Source: an uncultured Acidobacteriota bacterium (GTDB lineage Bacteria; Acidobacteriota; Vicinamibacteria; Fen-336). Taken from it: 64,000 bases of DNA. This document shows, piece after piece, positions 41,070 through 48,370 of the stretch. The stretch spans positions 2,080,001-2,144,000 of the forward strand of contig OY970399.1 in the NCBI GenBank assembly GCA_963720545.1, written 5' to 3'. A program made the position numbers and the translations under genes. Below the pieces are notes generated by a model. The model searched no databases. It had not been told where the DNA came from and saw nothing but the letters and a program-made list of their open reading frames with translations. The first letter of the stretch is position 1. Each line of letters opens with the position of its first letter.

Positions 41070-41804
41070 TTAGTTGAGCTTGAAGTTCACGGTGACCGTC
41101 ATGATGACGGGAACCGGAACACCGTTCAAAAGCGTCGGCGAATACGTCCACTGCATCACCGCGTCGTGCGCCGCCTGGTCGAGGAGCGGGATGCCGCGCA
41201 GGTTCTTGCAGGTGGTGACCGTGCCCTTGGGGCTGATCACGCACTCCATGATCACGACGCCCTGCACCCGCGCCTGGCGGGCGATGTCCGGATAGACCGG
41301 CTGGGTGCGCTTGATGATCTTGGGTTCCTTGATCTGGCCGCCGACGCGGATCGGCTCCGTGACCTGCGCCGGCGCTTCGGGAAGGCCGCCGACCACACCG
41401 CCGACGACGCCGCCGGCGACGCCGCCCTCGACACCGCCCGCAACGCCGCCCTCGACGCCGAGGTCCATGCTCGCCTCGGGCTTGACCTCGGTGGGCGTCT
41501 CGACCGGCGCTACGAACTTGGGCACCTCGGTCGGCACCGGCCTCTGCTGCACCACCGGGGCCTTGGGGGCCGGCGGCGGAGGCGGAGGAGGCGGAGGCGG
41601 AGCGGCCGCGGGCTCGACGAAGAACGCCTTCACGACCGAGGTCGGGTCCGGCAGCTGTTCCTTGCTGAAGATGGGAACCACCACCAGCAGGATGAGTGCG
41701 ATCGCGTGCAGCGCCAGCGAGATGGGGAGGATGCGGCTCTGCTTGGTCTTGTGGCCGCGGACGTCCGAATCGATCAGATCTTCGAAAAGCCTTTGCTGCT
41801 GCAT
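41070..41804 (-). CDS. tonB: Energy transducer TonB
   Basis: SLALH TM, poly-Pro linker, GGVEGGV repeats, YPDIARQARVQG. Confidence 0.93.
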   Translation of the reverse strand: MQQQRLFEDLIDSDVRGHKTKQSRILPISLALHAIALILLVVVPIFSKEQLPDPTSVVKAFFVEPAAAPPPPPPPPPPAPKAPVVQQRPVPTEVPKFVAPVETPTEVKPEASMDLGVEGGVAGGVEGGVAGGVVGGVVGGLPEAPAQVTEPIRVGGQIKEPKIIKRTQPVYPDIARQARVQGVVIMECVISPKGTVTTCKNLRGIPLLDQAAHDAVMQWTYSPTLLNGVPVPVIMTVTVNFKLN

Positions 41805-41862
41805 GTTACCTGCCTCGCTTTCCGCGGAGCGCTACGCTTTCCTCGCTGTCACGAAGGCTGGG

Positions 41863-41892
41863 ATTGTAATCCCCGGTTTTTCAAGGTGTCAA
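41863..41892 (-). promoter_or_regulatory. sigma70 promoter of tonB-exbB-exbD-exbD
   Basis: TTGACA-N18-TACAAT on the minus strand. Confidence 0.75.
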
Positions 41893-41953
41893 GACCGGGA
41901 GCGCTTCCATCTCAAAGACACCGTTGGACTTCAACGGGTTCCGAAAAGGTTCC

Positions 41954-42742
41954 CTAGAAAACGCGGAAGGTGACGTTCGCGTTGGCGACGGTCTTGACCG
42001 GCCTGCCGTTCTTGATCGCCGGCGAGAAGATCCATTCCTTGACGCACGAGATCGCCTGGGCGTCGAGCGCCGGAATGGAGCGCAAGACGCGCGCCGCCAC
42101 CACGCGGCCGTCGGCGTCGATCGTGAGCTGCACCAGCACCACGCCCTCGATCTTCTTGACGAAGGCTTCCTGCGAGAAGCGCGGCTGGGTCTGCTTCAGT
42201 ATTTTGGGCGGCCGGTCGAAGTCCATCACCGGGCCGTCGCCGGTGCAGCCGACGCAGCCGTTGGGGTCGCCGCCGACGATGCCGCCCACCTGGCCCGCGT
42301 CGATACCGCCTTCGAGCCCCTGGATGTTGCCGAGGTTGCTGCCGGTCTCGCTGCCGAACTGGTCGGCGGCCGCGACCCGCTCTTCCTTCACCACTTCCTT
42401 CGGCGTTTCCTTCGGCGCCACGAACTCGGGCTTCACCTCGGGCTCTTTCGGCTTCTCGACCGGCTTCTCCGCGACCTTCTTCGGCGCCTCCTCCTTCTTG
42501 CCGAACTCCGAGCCCTTGAGCATCGAGATGGCGGCGGCCGGCGGCGGGTTGAAGATGAGGATGCGCAACGGGTCGGTGGTGTCGGGCAGCTCCTCGTGGG
42601 AGAGAAGTGGAATGATCACCAGTGCCGTCACCGCGATGGTGTGGATGGCCACCGAGCCGATGAACTTCCGCCGGTCGTGCGGCGGCTTGGCGCTGCCCGA
42701 AAGCGGCAGGTCGGTGAACAGCGGCTCTTCGGTGCGGCTCAT
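41954..42742 (-). CDS. tonB: Second energy transducer TonB
   Basis: SVAIH TM, Glu/Lys/Pro linker, TonB C-terminal domain (IEGVV...FSPAIKNG). Confidence 0.88.
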   Translation of the reverse strand: MSRTEEPLFTDLPLSGSAKPPHDRRKFIGSVAIHTIAVTALVIIPLLSHEELPDTTDPLRILIFNPPPAAAISMLKGSEFGKKEEAPKKVAEKPVEKPKEPEVKPEFVAPKETPKEVVKEERVAAADQFGSETGSNLGNIQGLEGGIDAGQVGGIVGGDPNGCVGCTGDGPVMDFDRPPKILKQTQPRFSQEAFVKKIEGVVLVQLTIDADGRVVAARVLRSIPALDAQAISCVKEWIFSPAIKNGRPVKTVANANVTFRVF

Positions 42743-42812
42743 TGTTTCGATGATACTCCGGGCCTAGTGGGCCGGAAGCGGGCTGGGCGCCGCCACGTTT
42801 TTTTGCGCCCGG

Positions 42813-43724
42813 TCAGGCCTTCTGCTTGTCCTGCCGGCTCTGCCACCAGGCGACCAGGGGCGTCGCGACGTACAGGGAAGAGTAGGTTCCCAGCACGATG
42901 CCGACCAGCATGGTGAAGGCGAAACCCCGCATCACGCTGCCGCCGAAGAGGTAGAGGCCGAGGACCACGAGGAAGGTGGTGCCGGCGGTGATGATGGTGC
43001 GCGACAGCGTCTGGTTGAGCGCGTCGTTCAGGATCTTGGGGAAGCTGTCCTTGCGGTGCTGCTTCATGTTCTCCCGCACCCGGTCGAACACCACGATGGT
43101 GTCGTTGACGCTGTAGCCGACGAGCGTCAGCAGCGCGGCGATGACGTTCAGGGTGATTTCGTAGCCGGTCAGCACCAGCACGCCCATCGTCAGCAGCACG
43201 TCGTGGAACACGCCGACGGTGGCGGCGGTGCCCCACTGCGCGCCCTTGAAGCGCACCGCGATATAGATGAGCTGCGCCGCGAGCCCCAGCACCGTCAGCG
43301 TCACCGCGGTGCGGCGCAGCTCGCCGCCCACCACCGGGCCGACGATCTCGCTCGAAGACTCGATCACCGGGTTTTGTGGGTAGGTGCGAGACAGCGCCGC
43401 CAGCACGTTCTGCGCGGGGCCGGTGATCTCGTTGTCGGCGCCGGCCTGCGCGAGGCGGATGAGCACCTGGTTCTTGGCGGGGTCGTCGTAGGTCTGCAGG
43501 ACCGCCTCGGGATCGACGCCCTTCACGGCATTGCGGATCTCGTCGATCGAGGGCGACGACTGGAAACGCGCGATCAGCTGCGTGCCGCCGGAGAATTCGA
43601 CGCCGTACCTGAGGCCGCGCGTCGCCATCAGGCCGATCGCGAGCGCCAGCGCGACCGCGCTGACGGTCAGCCAGAAGCGCGTCTTGCCGATGAAGTCGAA
43701 ATTCGGATTCTTGAGGAGTTCCAT
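42813..43724 (-). CDS. secF: Protein translocase subunit SecF
   Basis: GVEFSGGT, GYSVNDTIVVFDRVRE, TLSRTIIT. Confidence 0.97.
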   Translation of the reverse strand: MELLKNPNFDFIGKTRFWLTVSAVALALAIGLMATRGLRYGVEFSGGTQLIARFQSSPSIDEIRNAVKGVDPEAVLQTYDDPAKNQVLIRLAQAGADNEITGPAQNVLAALSRTYPQNPVIESSSEIVGPVVGGELRRTAVTLTVLGLAAQLIYIAVRFKGAQWGTAATVGVFHDVLLTMGVLVLTGYEITLNVIAALLTLVGYSVNDTIVVFDRVRENMKQHRKDSFPKILNDALNQTLSRTIITAGTTFLVVLGLYLFGGSVMRGFAFTMLVGIVLGTYSSLYVATPLVAWWQSRQDKQKA

Positions 43725-43739
43725 TATTGGCGACGTTCC

Positions 43740-45386
43740 CTAGATGCTCAGCGTGCTGCCCTGGCGCTGGCCCTGGGTCCAGTCGAACAGGAACTTGCTG
43801 ATGAAGTACGAAGCGAACACGTTGGCGACGAGACCCATGACGAGCGTGACGGCGAAGCCCTTGATGGGGCCGGTGCCGAACTGGAAGAGGAATGCGGCCG
43901 CGATCAGCGCGGTGATGTGGGTGTCGATGATCGTCAGCCAGACGCGCTCGAAGCCGTTGGCGATCGCCGCCTTCACGGTCTTGCCGTTGCGCAGCTCCTC
44001 GCGGATGCGCTCGAAGATCAGCACGTTGGTGTCGACGCCGACGCCGATCGTCAGGATGACGCCGGCGATGCCCGGCAGCGTCAGCGTGGCTCCGGTGTAG
44101 GCCATGACGCCCAGCAGGATGAGGATGTTGGCGGTCAGCGCGACGATCGCGTTCAGTCCCGCGAGCCGGTAGTAGACGAGCATGAACACCGCGAGGAACG
44201 CCATGCCGGCGAGCGAGGCGATGATGCCCGAGCGGATCGAGTCGCGCCCGAGCGACGCGCCGACGTTCAGCTGCTGCAGGTACTTGAGCGTCGCCGGCAG
44301 CGCGCCGGCGCGCAGCACCTTGGCGAGCTCGTCGGCTTCCTGGGTGGAGAAGCTGCCCTGGATGATGCCGTCGGCGCCGATGCGCGAGTTGATGGAGGGC
44401 GCGCTCGAGACCGTGCCGTCGAGGATGATGGCGAGCTGCTTGCCGATGTTGGCGCCGGTGGCGCGGCCGAACTTGTCGGCGCCGGCCGGGTTGAGGGTGA
44501 AGCCGACGGCCGGGCGGTTCTGCTGGTCCACCGTGACGCGTGCGCCGCGCAGGTCGCGGCCGGTGACCACCGCCTCGCGCTGCACCATATAGAAGATGGG
44601 TTCGCCGGCCGACACGCCCTGACCCTGCACCACCTCCATGTTGTCGGGGATGCGGCCCTGGTGCGCCGCCAGCAGCGCCTCGCGGGTGGGCGCAGAATCG
44701 GCCACCATCTTGAGCGTCAGCTGCGCGGTCGTCTTGATGATGCGCTTGGCGGCCTCGATGTCGTTGACGCCCGGCAGCTGCACCAGGATCTGGTCGCCGC
44801 CCTGACCGTGGCGGGCGATCACCGGCTCGGCCACGCCCAGCTGGTTGATGCGCCGCTCCAGCGTCTTGATCGCCTCGTCGACCGTCTGCTCCTTGACGCG
44901 GCGCACCTCGGCGTCGGTGAGCGCCACCTCGAAGCGTCCCTCGGACGGCTCGCGGATCTCCCAGCCGGTGCGGAAGTAGTCGCGCAGGATGTCGCGCGCG
45001 TCCTTGACGCGCACCGGATCGACGCCCTCGATGCGGAAGCGGGTCGGGTCGACGCGCTCCACGGTCGCGACCGTGATGCCGCGGTCGCCGATGCGGTTGC
45101 GCGAGTTCTGCACCGCGTCGTCGATGGTCGCGTTCAGGGCGTCGTCCGTCACCACCCGCAGCACCAGGTGGATGCCGCCGCGCAGGTCGAGGCCGAGATG
45201 CAGCTTGCCCGGCACGCCGTCCCTTTCATAAGGAGGCCAGAACGCGACAAAGCTCGCGATCAGGATCGCGGCATAGCAGATGGCGCGCACCCGCAGCTCG
45301 GGGCGCATGAACGCATAGGCGAGTCCGGCGACCGCGGCGGTCAGGACCAGCCACAGCACGATTGGGTTCTGGAGCGCGACAGGCAT
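43740..45386 (-). CDS. secD: Protein translocase subunit SecD
   Basis: LGLDLRGG, GVAEP, TLPGIAG, VDTNVLIFERIREE. Confidence 0.97.
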   Translation of the reverse strand: MPVALQNPIVLWLVLTAAVAGLAYAFMRPELRVRAICYAAILIASFVAFWPPYERDGVPGKLHLGLDLRGGIHLVLRVVTDDALNATIDDAVQNSRNRIGDRGITVATVERVDPTRFRIEGVDPVRVKDARDILRDYFRTGWEIREPSEGRFEVALTDAEVRRVKEQTVDEAIKTLERRINQLGVAEPVIARHGQGGDQILVQLPGVNDIEAAKRIIKTTAQLTLKMVADSAPTREALLAAHQGRIPDNMEVVQGQGVSAGEPIFYMVQREAVVTGRDLRGARVTVDQQNRPAVGFTLNPAGADKFGRATGANIGKQLAIILDGTVSSAPSINSRIGADGIIQGSFSTQEADELAKVLRAGALPATLKYLQQLNVGASLGRDSIRSGIIASLAGMAFLAVFMLVYYRLAGLNAIVALTANILILLGVMAYTGATLTLPGIAGVILTIGVGVDTNVLIFERIREELRNGKTVKAAIANGFERVWLTIIDTHITALIAAAFLFQFGTGPIKGFAVTLVMGLVANVFASYFISKFLFDWTQGQRQGSTLSI

Positions 45387-45391
45387 GGCGC

Positions 45392-45661
45392 TTACTTCTC
45401 TCCTTGGGGGCCCAGAAGCTGGGCGACGGCGGTCTTCAGGATGCGCACCCTGGTCTTTTCGTCGAGGCGCACGTCGAGCGAATCGTCGTGGATCGCGGCC
45501 ACGGTTGCGTAGATGCCAGGGTTCATGATGATGCGGTCGCCGGGCTTCAGCGCCTTCACCGTCTCTTCGAGCTTCTTCTGCCGGTTGCGCATCGGCATGA
45601 TGAGCACGAAGTAGATGATGGCGAACATGCCGAGCGGCAGCAGGAGTTGTGGATCGAACAT
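45392..45661 (-). CDS. yajC: Preprotein translocase subunit YajC
   Basis: YFVLIMP, LKPGD, GIYATV; lies between tgt and secD. Confidence 0.93.
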   Translation of the reverse strand: MFDPQLLLPLGMFAIIYFVLIMPMRNRQKKLEETVKALKPGDRIIMNPGIYATVAAIHDDSLDVRLDEKTRVRILKTAVAQLLGPQGEK

Positions 45662-45712
45662 CGTTTCGCCTGTACCTTCGTTAACCGCAGCGTGATGGGT
45701 TTTGGCGGCTTG

Positions 45713-46834
45713 TCAGTCGTTCTCGTCCGCCGCGCGGGCCGCCAGAGACTCCAGGCTTTTTTCCCTGAACTGCCTGAATTGACCCAGCCGGATACTTTGC
45801 CCGATGGCCCTCAGGGTGTCAAGGTAATGGGCCAGGTTGTGGATGGTCATGAGGATCGCGGCGCCCATCTCTCCGGCCATGTGCAGGTGGCGCAGGTAGG
45901 CGCGGCTCGCGGTGCGGCAGGTGAGGCAGGCGCAGCGCGCGTCGGGCGGCCGCGGGTCGTCGCGGTAGCGCGCGTTGCGAATCGAGATGCGCCCCGCCGA
46001 GGTGAACAGCTGGCCGTTGCGGCCGTTGCGCGTCGGCAGCACGCAGTCGAACATGTCGACGCCGCGCGCGACCGCGTCGAAGATGTCCTGCGGCGTGCCG
46101 ACGCCCATCAGGTAGCGGGGCCGCTCCTCGGGCAGCAGCGGGTCGAGGAGCGACAGCACGCGGCGCATGTCCTCCTTCGGCTCGCCCACCGACAAGCCGC
46201 CGATCGCATGGCCTGAAAAGCCGATGCCGCTCACCTGGCGGGCGCTGCGCTCGCGCAGGTCGTCGTGCACTCCGCCCTGCACGATGCCGAACAGCCACTG
46301 GTCCGGGCGCGTGTGCGCACGCGCCGAGCGCTCCGCCCAGCGTGCGGTGCGCTCGGTGGCCGACGCCACCTCCGCGCGCTCCGCCGGATACGGCGGGCAT
46401 TCGTCGAACGCCATGACGATGTCGGCGCCGAGCTGCATCTGCACGTCCATCGAGCTCTCGGGCGAGAGATGGTGGCGCGAGCCGTCGAGGTGGCTCTGGA
46501 ACCAGACGCCGGCGTCGTCGAGGGTGCGCAGTTCACGCAGGCTCATCACCTGGTAGCCGCCGCTGTCGGTGAGGAACGGCTTGCGCCACGGCGTGAAGCC
46601 GTGCAACCCACCCAGGCTGGCGACGAGCGGCGCACCCGGGCGCAGCATCAGGTGATAGGTGTTCGCGAGGATCACCTGAGCGCCGAGTTCGTGAAGGTCG
46701 CGGTGCGTTACGGCCTTCACGGCAGCGGCGGTGCCGACCGGCATGAACACCGGCGTCTCGATGTCGCCGTGCGGCGTTTTCAGGATGCCGGCGCGCGCGC
46801 GGCCGTCCCGGGCGAGCACCTCGAAGGAGAACAT
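45713..46834 (-). CDS. tgt: tRNA-guanine(34) transglycosylase
   Basis: TPVFMPVGT, NTYHL, DSGGYQ, DEC, GLSVGE, DCVLPTR, CxCxxC zinc site. Confidence 0.98.
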   Translation of the reverse strand: MFSFEVLARDGRARAGILKTPHGDIETPVFMPVGTAAAVKAVTHRDLHELGAQVILANTYHLMLRPGAPLVASLGGLHGFTPWRKPFLTDSGGYQVMSLRELRTLDDAGVWFQSHLDGSRHHLSPESSMDVQMQLGADIVMAFDECPPYPAERAEVASATERTARWAERSARAHTRPDQWLFGIVQGGVHDDLRERSARQVSGIGFSGHAIGGLSVGEPKEDMRRVLSLLDPLLPEERPRYLMGVGTPQDIFDAVARGVDMFDCVLPTRNGRNGQLFTSAGRISIRNARYRDDPRPPDARCACLTCRTASRAYLRHLHMAGEMGAAILMTIHNLAHYLDTLRAIGQSIRLGQFRQFREKSLESLAARAADEND

Positions 46835-47074
46835 CGGTGGGTGCCGGATTTTAGCCGCTCGCCCGGGCGCCACTATCAAACGTTGTATACAAGGCATTTG
46901 TCCGCGCGGCATTCGCGGCGTCCGGCGCCTGCCGCGCAGCCGCTGCGCGCCTGGCCGCGCCGATATCGATTTCAACCAGCATCCATGCGGTCCGGCGCGG
47001 ATCCAGCGCTTTTCTTCCACAGCCTAAGTTGTGTGCGCTCTTTCACCTCGGGCGGAGCGGACGCAAAAAAAGGC

Positions 47075-47103
47075 TTGACAGGGTATGGGGCGCTCCCTAC
47101 CCT
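47075..47103 (+). promoter_or_regulatory. sigma70 promoter for the micro-ORF unit
   Basis: TTGACA-N17-TACCCT preceded by an A7 tract (UP-element-like). Confidence 0.75.
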
Positions 47104-47198
47104 ACCGCTAGTATGCCAAGAGCGCAGTCACCCGATAGGTTGTTTCGGTCGGATTGTGCGGCGCCCTTGAGTTCGCGTCCGAAAGGGGGGATCTAACA

Positions 47199-47252
47199 AT
47201 GGCGGCGAAGAAGAAGGCGGCGAAGAAGAAGGCCACGAAGAAGAAGAAGTAG
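47199..47252 (+). CDS. 17-aa Lys/Ala micropeptide MAAKKKAAKKKATKKKK
   Basis: GAAAGGGGGG SD, ATG...TAG; the paralog differs mostly at synonymous sites. Confidence 0.75.
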   Translation: MAAKKKAAKKKATKKKK

Positions 47253-47388
47253 TCGTCTTTGAAGAGGCGGCGGGCTTGCCTTCAAGCCGCACCCTGGGTT
47301 AGCCCGCAGCCCGATCTTCACCGATGGCTTTGATGCCGCAGCCGTTGAGATCTTTCGTTTTTCGGATCCGAGAGGGGTGATGAAACCA

Positions 47389-47442
47389 ATGGCAGCCAAG
47401 AAGAAGGCCGCAAAGAAGAAGGCCACGAAGAAGAAGCGCTAG
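47389..47442 (+). CDS. 17-aa Lys/Ala micropeptide MAAKKKAAKKKATKKKR
   Basis: GAGAGGGGTGA SD, ATG...TAG; paralog of 47199-47252. Confidence 0.75.
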   Translation: MAAKKKAAKKKATKKKR

Positions 47443-47464
47443 TTGGCTTCAGAAACGTGAGTAC

Positions 47465-47502
47465 AGGGGGTGGGGACGTTTCTCTCGCCCCCTCATTTTT
47501 TT
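47465..47502 (+). terminator. Intrinsic terminator
   Basis: AGGGGGTGGGG/TCTCGCCCCCT stem followed by T7. Confidence 0.75.
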
Positions 47503-47508
47503 GCCGGC

Positions 47509-48345
47509 CTAGGCCGGCTGCAGGACGTAGCGCTCGACGGCGACGGCGACCCCGTCGTCGTCACTCCCCGGCAGCACCTCGAAGCCGGCGGCCAGCAGGC
47601 CCTTTTCGGCGGTTCCCATGACGAGCCCGCGGCCCGCCGCCTGCAGCATCTCGAGGTCGTTCCAGTTGTCGCCGATCGCGAGCACCTGCTCGCGCCGCAC
47701 ACCGTGGCGCGCGCACAGCGACAGCAGCGCCTCGCCCTTCGACACCCCGGGGCGCAGCACGTCGATGAACGCGCAGCCGAGGTGTGGGTACACGGTGCGC
47801 GTCGCGAACACCTCGTCGCCGAGCGCCGCGCCGATGCGTGGAAACAAGTCGGCCATCGGCAGCAGCGCGCCGCCGAACATCACCTGCACCGGATCGCCCG
47901 GATAGTCGCGCGTCAGGTCGGAAACCACGCGCACCCCGTCGCGCGAATGACCAAGGTAGCGCGCCAGCGATTCGTGCACGCTGCGCGCACCCTCGACGTA
48001 GAGGAGACCTTCGCCGCGTGCGCCCCAGTGCACCACCGGGTCGGCATCGAGGCGCCGTCCCAGCTCGATGACCCGTGCCGCGGTCGCGCGCGGCAGCGCT
48101 CGGCAGAGGATGACGGCGCCGTCTTCCACCACCAGCGCGCCGTTGTGGAGGATGAGCGGCACGTCGAGGCCGAGGGCGTCCGCCACCTGCCGCGCCGAGG
48201 GATGGCGCCGGCCGGTGACGAGGGCGATGCGCACGCCGCGGCGCGCGGCCGCGTGCAGTGCGGCGCGCGTCCTGGGCGTGATGGTCTTGGCCGTCGTGAG
48301 CAGCGTGCCGTCGATGTCGAGCGCCACCAGCGCGACCGGGTCCAT
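47509..48345 (-). CDS. Cof-type HAD-IIB hydrolase
   Basis: ALDIDGTLL, VTGR, HNGA, SKGEAL, IGDNWNDLEM. Confidence 0.93.
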   Translation of the reverse strand: MDPVALVALDIDGTLLTTAKTITPRTRAALHAAARRGVRIALVTGRRHPSARQVADALGLDVPLILHNGALVVEDGAVILCRALPRATAARVIELGRRLDADPVVHWGARGEGLLYVEGARSVHESLARYLGHSRDGVRVVSDLTRDYPGDPVQVMFGGALLPMADLFPRIGAALGDEVFATRTVYPHLGCAFIDVLRPGVSKGEALLSLCARHGVRREQVLAIGDNWNDLEMLQAAGRGLVMGTAEKGLLAAGFEVLPGSDDDGVAVAVERYVLQPA

Positions 48346-48370
48346 GCTGTCTTTCCTGTGCCGGCGCCGG

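Noticed and set aside
41390..41605. GCCGCC/GGCGGA repeats
   Set aside because: Encode the normal GGV repeats and poly-Pro linker of TonB
47193..47426. Minus-strand ORF MAFFFAAFFLAA...
   Set aside because: It is the antisense of the AAG-rich micro-ORFs; promoter, SDs, synonymous pattern and terminator all support the plus strand
47199..47442. Lysine attenuator leader peptides
   Set aside because: No co-oriented gene follows (the next gene is convergent) and no lysine pathway genes are nearby
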